The notes below the pieces were generated by a model. That model was not told where the DNA came from. It saw only the letters and a program-made list of their open reading frames with translations, and made no database searches. A stretch of 64,000 nucleotides of DNA from Marsupella aquatica (taxonomy: Eukaryota > Plantae > Marchantiophyta), in contig OZ316897.1 of assembly GCA_973895155.1 (NCBI GenBank), positions 10,315,832 to 10,379,831 on the forward strand, given 5' to 3'. A program made the position numbers and the translations under genes. Positions 15,008 through 26,089 of the stretch are shown here, piece after piece. The first letter of the stretch is position 1; each line of letters starts with the position of its first letter.

Positions 15008-17632
15008 GGTGTTCACTTACGATTTCTTTTAGTTTACTGAGATCAATTTCTGGAAAGTGACAGTGCAGATGTCTCTGGGATCTGATAGCGGGCCGTGAAG
15101 GGAAGTCCAGAAGTTAGTAGTCTTGTCAATTTAGTAGCTGGCAAGTGCCATTGTACTCAACCTTTTGTTTCAGTTGATAGGAGGGGTTCATCTTGGAGAC
15201 TTTAATAGATCACATATCCATTACTGGGTGATGGATATTATTGTTGGTCAAGGCTTGGTTAGCTAGCCTGTTAGAGATCATCTTCATAAGTTTTGTATTC
15301 GGGGCATGCATGCTTGTAGGGAGTGGGGAACAGGTCATCTGTTTCGTGAAAGCGAATCTCTGACTGCAAATGTAGAGATTAAAGGTCAATGCAGCCAGTA
15401 GCCCTGGTTAGCAGTTTTGCAGGAACCGTGTTTGTGTAGTACAGGATTCGAAATGAGAGGTTCAATTTTGAGCGATCTGCCCCACTGCCAATGACACTCA
15501 CTGAGCTGGTGGCTATTTCAGCTTTAACTGAAATTGCAAAAAATCGTGATTGGTGGTGTATGGTGAACTAGCTTCAGTGACTTCGAAATCAATTAGCAAG
15601 TACACCGGGATGTCTCCCTGAACTGCCGGTCACCTGGCCCAATGAAGGAAATGTTACCAAAGTGACCCGATGAAGTAACACTGAACTGAATCCGTGTTAA
15701 TTGAGCAGTTTGAGGTATATCATTGTTGTTGAGTGAAGGTAGTCATTTGAGGCAATGATGTCGTTGAGCAAGAAAATGTAGTCAAGGGTGTTTCCAGGTG
15801 AGGTGTTTAGGTGAGGTAAGGAAGTGTAGGTAATGAGAGAAAATTAGCTGTTGTGGAGGCAGGGAAGTCAACCAGGCAATGAAGTCATTGAGGCAAGGAA
15901 TTGTTGCCAAGGAAAAGAAGTCCGTGAACAGCGAAAGTGCTGGTGCAGCTAAACATAGTGAACATTGGAAGCTTAATGCAAAATTAAATGCAACCAGAAG
16001 TGTTTGAAAGCATGTTCATAAGTCCATAGTGATGCACCCTTTTTTATTTTTAGGTGAGGGCCTAACCATATGCAACATGAAGCCCTACATGAAGTCTCAT
16101 GCCTTATTGATAGTGGCACTTGGCTCTGATGTAAAGGTGGACTCTACCCAACTTGAAAGGCAAGTCCCTAATCACACTTGGATGGAATATGTGGGATAAA
16201 TACAATGTTTCCAGCATGCATATTTGGTTTGGTTCGATACATATGCATTATTTGAAGGGAAGCAGCAAGGTTGATTATTATTACATCATAGTGTTGTGGT
16301 GATGGAAAGTGCTGTTGTTGCACAGAGGGATGTCCATGCACAAGTGTTACCTTTTTGGAAGTGTCGTGGTTGTATCCGTGTTGGCAATGTGCAAAAAGGA
16401 GAAATTAGAAGATTGTGCACCCAGACAGGATAATCATTGAAGAAGGCAAGGGTGTAAGCAGGGAGGAGGGTTGAAAGAGAATGCACATGTCAAAGGTGGG
16501 GAAGGGACCAGGAGTGAGGTAGGAAAATAGGGAGGAAATCAAATAAAACCCAAACATTAGGGAGCAACCAAGAGGCAAAGAAAAAACTCCACCACTGTAG
16601 TTTTTTAATTGCCCACCCTTCCCCAGCAAAAAGCCATTTAATTCCCCAGATTTCATCAGTTTCTTTTGTCGTGCGTATACACATCACTACACAACACACA
16701 TTGTTTCTCACACATTTTCAAGCATGGACACAATGACAAACATAAGAGGAAGGAATACAAGTAAAATGCATGTTCTCACATCCCGAAATCCCAAAATAAT
16801 GTTCATAGAGTCAAACAAGGATGATCCCCTCCTATGCTATCACACACATATGTCAAACCAAGTACACCGCATGCTTCAAGGAATCTGCATGACACACACA
16901 ACTCAGACAGCCAAACCATAGCCACTAGAACTTGTGCTTAAGGTTCAAAATCAAAAGATGGCGTTTTGAGCCACCACAAAGGGATAGCTATCCCTAACAC
17001 ATAAACCCTAAATGCTCAAATAGTACACATATGAAGACCCCAAACCTAGATGGCACTATGTACTATCATACGCTTATGTGGTGTGATGCTTCCCATCTTT
17101 CTCCCCCTCTCCTCCTCTTCATCTTTGGCATCTACATGGTATGGGGCTGTACCCTATTGTCCCATGGCCCCATTGCACATGTTCCAATGACCCACATGGC
17201 CTCCCATACACTCTTCCGGCTCTCAAAAGTTAACCTTCAATTTCTCCCTTGCTACCAATCAGAGTAGGATGTTCTTGGGCTGGTTAGAAACAGTTTGAAA
17301 CGATATTTCCAAGAATCTAGTATTGCCAACATTCATTACTAATTGAGAGAGCATAACTTCCAAATTTTAGTTTGTGCTCAGGAAGCCAATACATGTTCTC
17401 CTGTTCTTGTTACTTTTTAGTTTTAATAACAATGTATACACTGCAAAGTCAGTGTGTAATGCTCATAACATTCTTAAATTTTCATTACAATTCTTTCTTA
17501 TGTTTCACAAGCAATGTAAACTACTTTGTTAGTCCGATAACACAGAAAATTCAGAAAATAAATCATTAGCTTAGGATTGGGGGATGCCCAATTCCTTTTA
17601 TTTTGAGGGTGGGATGATGCTTAACTAAGCAA

Positions 17633-17935
17633 AAGCTTAACTAGACCAGAACATGCATCATTCCCCACATTTCTTCCCCCTCCTTGCCAACCTTAACCTT
17701 CCACCTGTTTTCTTTCTTTCTTTAGTCCCCAAATCCTAAGTCATTTTTTTTAATGTTAAGCGTCTTTCATCTCATTGGTGTGATGAGGAGCATGAGAGAG
17801 TTTTGGGACATCCATTTTCCTTCAAATTTATTTAGTAATTCCCCAAGCTAATAAGGTAGCAATATAAGAAATCTCAGCCCAATGGGCTTGAGACAGTAAG
17901 CTTATGGCTAAAACACTCTTTTGATGCATCTTGGG
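17633..17935. repeat. Interspersed ~300 bp repeat; inverted diverged copy at ~27750-28045
   Basis: ccccaagctaataaggtagcaatataagaaatctcagcccaat...tttgatgcatctt is the approximate reverse complement of aagatgcatcaaaaag...ttggctgaggattttttatgttgctacctagcctgggg at 27751-27837. The similarity continues through the purine/pyrimidine tract. Confidence 0.7.
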
Positions 17936-18799
17936 TTGCTACGCACCCAGCCAGCACAAAAACAATATCATGAAAACCCAAGAACAATAATTGACTAACC
18001 TGAAGTACTTTCAATTGAAAGTGCACACAGTCACCATTAATTATCAACAGTTGATCTCATTCATCGATCTGGAAAATTTTGCCACAATCATGGATATTTT
18101 CTTGCGACCGTTGTGCACCATTGTCCACCGTCCTATTTATTAGCCAATGATCAATGGTCGATATTGTTTTTTTAAGTAAATGAGGTAAATATATATTGAA
18201 ATGGTTTGTTATAATTCAAAAATCATGTGAATTGGTTACTAGAGGTTACTTCATCCCCCCCCCCTGTTTAATATTTGACAAGTTGATTTTCAATTTTCTT
18301 AAGTTGTGGACTTGAAGTTGTCTTGTTCTACAAAGTTGTCATCTATGTGTCTCATTCTTTTTAGTAAAACTGCTATTGACTTAGAGCCAAGTACATTCTG
18401 AGGCTCTTCAAGCACTTTCAGGCCCTATTCCAATCTGAGTACTCCAATTGAGAGACTTGCTGGACTCACCTCTCAGGGGTCGCCAAGTGAGGTCTCATAT
18501 CATTCATCAAGTTTTCAAGTAATAAACTTAAGAAAATAAAGTAGATTTTAACTATTTTAACCCCTAACTTGATGGCATATTCCAGGAATATTCCTAAATT
18601 TGGTATTAAAAACCCCTATAGTTCTTATAATTCTCAAAGTTGGATTAAGACACCCTATTTTTCTTGAACAATTTTTATTTAAGTCTCTACCCAATAGAAT
18701 TAAAAAATCCTTAACTTCTTTAAACGCTATGGGTCAAAAGAAAATTAAGTAGTGAGGACCCGGGGACTTACCTTAGATTTGTGTGTTGATAATAAATTA

Positions 18800-19761
18800 C
18801 TCATCCTGATTTGGCCGCATTGAATCCTGAGTAGTTCACTTGAGAGCCAATGCTCAACTCAGCGTAGATCACTGCCTTCATGTACTTAACCTACCCCGCT
18901 TTGGCCACATTGAATCGTGAGTAGTTTGAGAGATGATGCCCAACTAACCCTGGAGATGTGTCTCAATAACAGTTGAGTTACCCGGATTTAGTTGAATTGA
19001 AGGGCTTAATAACACTTGAGTCGCCCTGATTTGGCCACATTGAAAGCCCTAGTAACAGCCAGTGCACTCCAATTTGGCCATTTAATAAGAGTTGCCTCAC
19101 CCAATTTGGCCACATTACATGCCTTGATAAGCGTAGACTCACCCAACCTGACCACTTATAAACAATTTAGTCATCCCAATTTGGCCCCATTGCATGCCTT
19201 CATAAGAGTGGACTCAACCCAATTTGACTACATTGATTCCTGAGCAGTTCAAGGGGGAGACAATTCTCAACTCACCCTGGATTGATGCCATAATAAGGGT
19301 AGACCTGCCCGGATTTGGGCACAAAACACTCAACTCACTCCAATTATCCTCACCCTGATTTAGGCACATTACAGTGGACTCTCTCCTATTATCCTGGATT
19401 CGTGTCTCAACAAGAGTACCTCACCCCAATTTGGCCACATTACATTCCACTTACCCTGATTTGGCTTTTGATTTGGCTACCTTACATTCCTCTCACCCTG
19501 ACTTGGCCCCTGATTTGGCCACAGTACATTTGACTCAGCCCGATTTGGCCACAGTACATTTGACTCAGCCCTATTTGGTCACAGTACACTGGACTCAGCC
19601 CAATTTGGCCATATTACATCAACTCACCCTGATTTGGCCACATTACATTCCTCTCACCCAGACTTGGCCCTGGATTGCCAAATTAGATGCCACTCACCCA
19701 GATTTTGCCACATTTCCTTGGACTCAGCCAGATGTGGCCACATTGGGGACAACTCTACTAG
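18800..19761 (+). repeat. Degenerate ~30 bp minisatellite (core cctgatttggccacatt), possibly the internal part of a non-autonomous Helitron
   Basis: Many copies of the core, most regular at 19420-19745. The array ends with an imperfect palindrome (ccagatgtggccacattgg, 19728-19746), 11 bp, then CTAG|T (19758-19762). Confidence 0.75.
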
Positions 19762-20684
19762 TACTCTGGGAAATTCTGTACATTTGGGAAAGAAGATAGA
19801 TAAAGAGACACAATAAATTCTGTTAGGAAGGTATTACCCTTGCGAAAGAAGATAGATAAAGAGACCCTAAACCCTAATCCCTATTCCCATAATCTGTTGC
19901 TTGGAAGTGACTTGTTTCCATACAAAATTACTTAATATAATGCATGTTTAGGCAAGGGCTTAAGCCTGAGCCTTATCCAAGAGAGCCCAGAAAACCACTT
20001 ACTTAACCTTGTTCCAAGAAAGCTCAGGAAACCTTTCCACTAGGTCAAGTTTTCTTCATTTTCTGGTCACAGGCCAAGCCCAGTGTTCCAGGCTAATAAG
20101 CCCAGACCTGATCTGCATTATGCTATACTTTCCCTGTTTACCATAATTGGCCTATACTTTCCGTGTTTACCATGATTGGAAGAGATCGGTGACAGGGCAC
20201 CTTCTGTGTGATTGAAATGTTGGATCAACATTTGTGCAATCCATGAAAGATTTTCTTCCGCATGAAGTTTCGAGCTCGCGACGATACACCTCGACAAAGC
20301 GTGCATATCGACAATGCCAATGGAAGCGGAGCTCTGGCACTTTGAATGAGATGAAGCCCATGCCAGCTGATTCCAGCTGAGGCGAGGCGAGGTGCGGAAC
20401 GCGCAGGCAACAGTTCTAAATCGAATAATCGCAGGTGCAGAGCAGACATCATCACCATCGAAAGAATCCCGAGGTTGTCGCGCAATGTGATCCGCGAGGG
20501 CAGCGGTCTCGTAAACCCTGTTGCTGCCACTACCAACCATTACATTTGGTTCCGGCCGGGGTGCAATGATCGGAAGGCTTGGCGATGCAGCACACGGCGG
20601 CGGATGTCACTGCCATTGTGGCACGCGGTCGCTGGCAAGGAGGGAGGGGGCGCGCGCTTGCTCTTTGCTGCTTCTCGTGCACCT

Positions 20685-20714
20685 ACACACCTACACACAC
20701 ACACACACACACAC
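20685..20714. repeat. (CA)n microsatellite in a CpG-rich segment
   Basis: Direct reading. Confidence 0.9.
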
Positions 20715-22204
20715 TCCTGCGGCACGTACTCACTGTTTGCATGCAGTCTCCAGGGAAATTTAATTAAAAAGAATGTAACAAAGGGAGCGGGGGACTGATA
20801 TGTACAAGAACTGTTCACCTGTGATTTGGCCGATGCTTAGTGCAACTCATTGGTTCACTTAGAATCTGCCATATGCTACATCCATGGCTGAGTTTCCAAA
20901 GGGCCCGTAGACAAATCATTTTTGGGCTGATGCTTTTGTGTATATTGGAGCTCAGCTCTATATGCGAGTTTCGATTTCGTTGTGGTCCGTTGTCATTGAC
21001 TGTATATTATAGAGCTGCGCTAGCAGCAGTGAGCGATTGGTTGTTGATTGTTCTCAAGGAAAAAAATTCACGTTGCAAATGTCTCACTGCAGATTCTGCT
21101 AAACGTAGAGCGAGTGTCTGTGTTGGATGTTCCCACCCGATCTCAAACTATTCGTATAACTGATAATTCAACATCCAAAACAGACTGATAATTGCTGTCC
21201 ATCCTCCCCTCTCCTGCATGTCTGATAAAGATCGCAATTCTCGGCACTGTTAATCAATCTTCACGTGTGCGCTACTCAACTGTTGTCTTAAGGCACTGTT
21301 AAGAGCTTTCCCTGGCACGGTGTAGCACGGCAGTTTAGATCAAACTGTTTTCTGTGCCAGATGTTTGAGAGGAGGCGGCGGCGTCATGACCGTGCCAGAC
21401 AGAAGCTTTGCTCCGGTGGATGGAGTATGTGTGGCGGGGAAAGCCAAATTAGGGGACAACTTTTACAGCTTGCCGGACGGGGAAGTCTGGCGGATTCTGC
21501 ACTCGTGTCTTTTAAAGGAGGATTGTCAAGGCTGAATTTTCCAGACCAATCGATCGAGCTAGTCTGTAGTTCTCGCTTCACATCGTGCTGTGTCTTCTCT
21601 CTCCAACTCCTTGCATTGCAAACTCTCGGTGAGAGGTTGCATTTATTCAGTGCTTCAATGCACTCTGCCTCAATTAAATGATAGTTAAGAGATCGCGATA
21701 GTACCTCCAGAGAGATAATTGGTCGATTTCCAGTGCCTGTTGCCTTTGAAGCGCTTTGGGAATAAAGCAATCCCTCCGCGACAATAAGAGGCGATCCAAT
21801 CCTCATAGTCCTAGTTCTTTCACTACACCTGTTATTTGCCTGAATCCGTATCGCTTCGGGAAGATTGAGATTCTTCGTACTGAGAAGGACATAATTGATC
21901 CATTCGACAGACAGGTGTGTAGTTCCTCTGGAACAGTTTCTCAGAAGCTTCTGAATGATCTTTACCTGGTACGATAACTTGGAGCATTGCATCCACAGTA
22001 AGGAGAAACGATTCTTGTTAAGGCCGCTGGCACGGTATCATTCGACAACTTTTGTGACATTTGGTATCAACTATCGCATCTCGATCAGGGAGCAGAATCG
22101 ATTCAGGACCAGCATAGACAGCGCATCGAGGGCAACTAAACAGCTACATTACTGTAGTCAGATTCGGTAATTTCGTGATCTTTTGCGGGCTTTGCATTTG
22201 CGCG

Positions 22205-23392
22205 ATGGCCGCCGTTCTCGGCCCGATGGACTCGCCTCTGTTCGAGCTGCGTAATTTCAAGGCGAACGAGTTTCTGTACAGAGAGAGGAACTCGAACAAA
22301 ATGAAACCCGCTAGAGGAAGTCCTCAGGACCGCTCGAGCTCGAGTCCCAGCTCTCGCCAAGGAACATCCGGCGAGAATCAAGTGGTAGTTTCCCCCTCGG
22401 GAAGAAAGGGCCGTAATTCTACAACTCAAACAGCTATTGTGGAGTCACTTCAAGTGAAGAGGGCAATTTCTACTACTGCTATTGCAGCTGGAGGAACTCC
22501 GACGTCAACGAATAACGACGGCTCTGTCCAATCTCGCGAGATTGACAGCAACCGATCTTCTACGCTACGGTCAAAATTATGCGGAGGAGAGGAGACCATT
22601 ATCACAACACCTGATTTCCGTTCGAACGATCTTGCACCTGTGCGGGCCCGACGTGAGATCCAAACGGACCCGGTCCCTAAATACGAAAGCAAGGCAAACG
22701 TCTTGCCGTCTCAGGATGAAGCGACGCTCAAAAAGCTAGTGAAGATTGTGGTCCGAGAAATACAAGGTGAGGAGAAGACAAAGGTGCCAATTCGCCTGGA
22801 CGACTTCACGGGGGAGAAGTCGCTCTATTTGGCAGAGGATGCCATCGTGTGGCTGAAGAAGCTGCGATTGGCAGCCCGGCAATACGAGTGGAGCCACGCT
22901 TTGGCGTTGGAGGTAGCATCCGTCCATCTCAAGGGATTAGCAGCTCGCTGGTTTGCTTCAATCGAAAAGCATCTAAACGAGGAGCTGCATTTGGACAAAG
23001 ATCGGTGGAATTATTTTGAGAGCCAGTTCGAGGAGCGGTTTGCGGACTTTCGGTCCCGTCTGCTCCAAGTCGAGAAGATTAAGGACTTGAAATTGGGACA
23101 TGGACAGGACGTCCGGGAGTACGCGGAGGCCATCATGAGCATGAACTGCAGGCTCGAGGAGCCGCTCGATGACGAGTTTCTCCGTTGGGTGTTCATTCAG
23201 GGGTTGCCTCCTTCCGAGCTCAGGGAAAAGTTGTTCAAGTTCGAGGAGAACCCCCACACCTTGGTCAGTGCTGTCAAATACGCCAGGAGGTTTCAGCTGT
23301 CCCAGTCCGTGTTCAACCTGAAGGACAACTCCACCCGCATCCCCAGAATGATCCCAGGATCTATGCCCGCTAGATCAGTTCGATCAAATTAA
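22205..23392 (+). CDS. Stand-alone Ty3/gypsy-type Gag capsid-domain protein (intronless ORF; first ATG 22205, alternative ATG 22301)
   Basis: The C-terminal half (PIRLDDFTGE..DAIVWLKKL..YEWS..HLKGLAARWF..WNYFESQFEERF..LKLGHGQDVREY..FIQGLP..TLVSAVKYARRFQ) has the retrotransposon gag capsid pattern. The N-terminus is S/T/R-rich. No zinc knuckle, protease or RT follows. Confidence 0.8.
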   Translation: MAAVLGPMDSPLFELRNFKANEFLYRERNSNKMKPARGSPQDRSSSSPSSRQGTSGENQVVVSPSGRKGRNSTTQTAIVESLQVKRAISTTAIAAGGTPTSTNNDGSVQSREIDSNRSSTLRSKLCGGEETIITTPDFRSNDLAPVRARREIQTDPVPKYESKANVLPSQDEATLKKLVKIVVREIQGEEKTKVPIRLDDFTGEKSLYLAEDAIVWLKKLRLAARQYEWSHALALEVASVHLKGLAARWFASIEKHLNEELHLDKDRWNYFESQFEERFADFRSRLLQVEKIKDLKLGHGQDVREYAEAIMSMNCRLEEPLDDEFLRWVFIQGLPPSELREKLFKFEENPHTLVSAVKYARRFQLSQSVFNLKDNSTRIPRMIPGSMPARSVRSN

Positions 23393-25159
23393 TGACCTGC
23401 TAGTTTGTTGTTGCTGACCGTTAATGAGGAGCCTCCAGTGTTGCGCAGTACTCACCATGTACATCGGAGCTCTGTAATGGCGGAGAAGTTTGCTGCAAAG
23501 AAGCACAGGCGCTTCGTTAGATCGGGAACTCTCACCGGAACAATCGCAAAGCTACTGCACAATGGTGCGCTCTGGCACTCGACAGGTTTCAATTTCGAGC
23601 ATATCAAAAGTCTGAAATCATGCGGATATAAGTGCGTACTTCGATACTCATAGTGGCTTCGTTAAGCGAAGACTGCGTGAGAGGGTACATAGATGACGGT
23701 TTCAATGACCAGATCATCTTGCCACCACATGGAATAACGATTCTGAGTCAATGCTGAACTGTACGTTATTGCTCAACATCTTCGAGTTGACTCCATCAGG
23801 ATTTTTTTCCCTCAGGTGACATATCCCAACGACTGACTTGCAGCTCGACTTTGAACTTCGGTCCTGCAAGGCTGCCCCGCTCGTTTGGACGAGACAACAT
23901 TTAATCATCTTGGCATGGGCGTTGCTCTCTATCTACGTGGCGAACGTAGACTTGAATTCATCACAGGAACTCGTCCTACAGACTGATACTCTTCGATTGT
24001 TATCTTCAATCATAAGGTCACCCGAACTCTTCAATTGTTAAATGATAATCCTCACCGTTGCATTAATCATCATTATACAACGCCAGACCTTCTTGAGGAA
24101 GGCACCGACATTCGATATGTGACGGAGACGTGGAACCCCTGGAACCCCTGCTGTCTGCTAGAATTTACTGAATCGGTGCGAAAAACGGGTCAGTCCTCGC
24201 CTGAGACGGAAAAGAGCTCGCTCAATTTCGAGAATCCAACGGTCCACCACCCAAGCTCGATCAGAGATCAAGTTCATCGGAGGAGAATCGCCTTGACACT
24301 TATCTCAACTAATCTGCTATGGCGGAGACAGGGCAGGATTCGAGGGTTCAGAACGGCAGCGGAAGTCTACCTGCCTGCGATTGTTCTTGTTACTAGTACT
24401 CTCTATCAATCGGCATATTCTGGGAATGAAGCGAAAGGAAATGATTTTGTATCCGCTCCAGGCCTTGAGAAGCGAGGCCAAGCTTCGGACCCTCATCTGG
24501 TAGAGGAGTCTGATAGTCTGTCTCGAAGACAGCTACAAATAGTGATTTGAGATCTCTTCTTGCTGTAGGTGTGTATTGTGTACATTAAAAGCATTTGTGC
24601 TTTAGCAGAGTCAGTCTAGACAATATCGAAAACTCATGTTGACTGTCATTTCTCCCGTATAGATAGAGTTCTGATCTGTGGTCCATTTAATGTTCGATTT
24701 AAGTTCGAGGCGAGGACTCACCTACAGTAGGAGCCTTGACAAGTTTACACTTAATTGGTGTAGTCGATCGAGTGCTGAAGCTTTTTGGTCCTAGAAGAAA
24801 TTCTGTAAGGAAGGCAGGTTACGGGCATGTGGCCATTTCTGGAGGCCCTTGCTATTCACATAATCTGTTGCTTGGAAAAGTAATATTTCAGGACAAAACT
24901 TATGTACTATAACATATGCTTGTCTTGGCAGGGGTATTCCCTTAATCTGTTGCTTGTAAGTAATATTTTGGACATCTGTTGCTTGGAAGTAACATTTTGG
25001 ACAAAAATTATGTACTATATAATATATGCTTGTCTGGGCAGAGGCCTGAAGAACCCTGTTTCAATAAAGCTCAGGAAAGCTTCCCAATTGTTGTAAGGTT
25101 TTCTTCACTTTCTGGTTTCTGGTCACAAGACTCTAGTAACCCCAGACCAGACTAGCATT

Positions 25160-26089
25160 ATCCTATAAGTATCCACCTGACCTTCTATTAGATGAACATC
25201 ATGTATTTCACTATGAGTATGGCAGTACTTGGCTTGATGGTCTCATTATATGGAGCCCCCCACATCACATGTGATGTTTTGAAGTCTAGTACACCCTAAA
25301 AAGAATTAAACAAAAAATCCCATGTTTTTATCCCTAATAATCTAGAATATCCCAAAATTTGGTTCAAAATTTGGTTTCTTATAAGTCTTAAAAAATTGGA
25401 TTGAAAAGACACTAAAGGCATTTGACCTCTTGGCCGACACGACATCTTGGTCAACACAACTTCTTTTTCTCTCAACGACCTCTTGGGCGACACGACATCT
25501 TTTCTCTCCACGACCTCTTGGCCGACATGACATCTTTTCTTTCAACGACCCCTTGGTCGACACGACATCTTTTTTTCTCAACGACATCTTGGCCAACACC
25601 ACTTCTTTTCTCTCAGCAACCTCTTGGGTGACACGACATCTTTACTCTCAATGACCTCTTGGGCAACACGACATCTTTACTCTCAACGACCTCTTGGCCG
25701 ACAAGACATCTTTTCTCTCAACGACCTCTTGGCCGACACAACATCTTCTCTCCATGACCTCTTGGCCGACACAACACCGTTTCTCTCAGCGACCTCTTGG
25801 CCAACACAACATCTTTTCTCTCCATGACCTCTTGGCCGACATGGCATCTTTTCTCTCCACCGCCTCTTGGCCGACACAACATCTTTTCTCTCAACGATCT
25901 CTTGGCCGACACGACATCTTTTCTCTCCATGGCCTCTTGGCCGACACGACATCTTCTCTCTCCACGACCTCTTGGCCGACACGACATCTTTTTTTCTCAA
26001 CGACCTCTTGGCCGACATGACATCTTTTTTTCTCAATGACCTCTTGGCCAACATGACTTCTTTTGTGCAACGCACGGGTATTGAGCTAG
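25160..26089 (+). mobile_element. Non-autonomous Helitron-like element carrying the 36-bp array (5' end uncertain)
   Basis: The 3' end tttgtgcaacgcacgggtattgagCTAG|T (26062-26090) matches the typical plant Helitron terminus: a cccgtgcaacgcacggg hairpin (here with C>T decay), ~8 nt, CTAG, then host T. Confidence 0.65.
25425..26060. repeat. ~35-36 bp minisatellite, roughly 18 copies (cgacctcttggccgacacgacatcttttctctcaa)
   Basis: Head-to-tail copies with no unique spacers; many variants are C>T or G>A at CpG sites. Confidence 0.95.

Noticed and set aside
19016-19816. ORFs with repeated PDLAT peptides
   Set aside because: Translations of the ~30-bp minisatellite; no other coding evidence.
19890-25170. 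LTR pair flanking the gag ORF
   Set aside because: The direct repeats lack clear TG..CA ends, PBS and PPT, and they belong to a longer collinear duplication extending to 28.7 kb.
25425-26060. CRISPR array (36-bp periodicity)
   Set aside because: Units are head-to-tail with no unique spacers, no cas genes are present, and the context is eukaryotic. It is a minisatellite.
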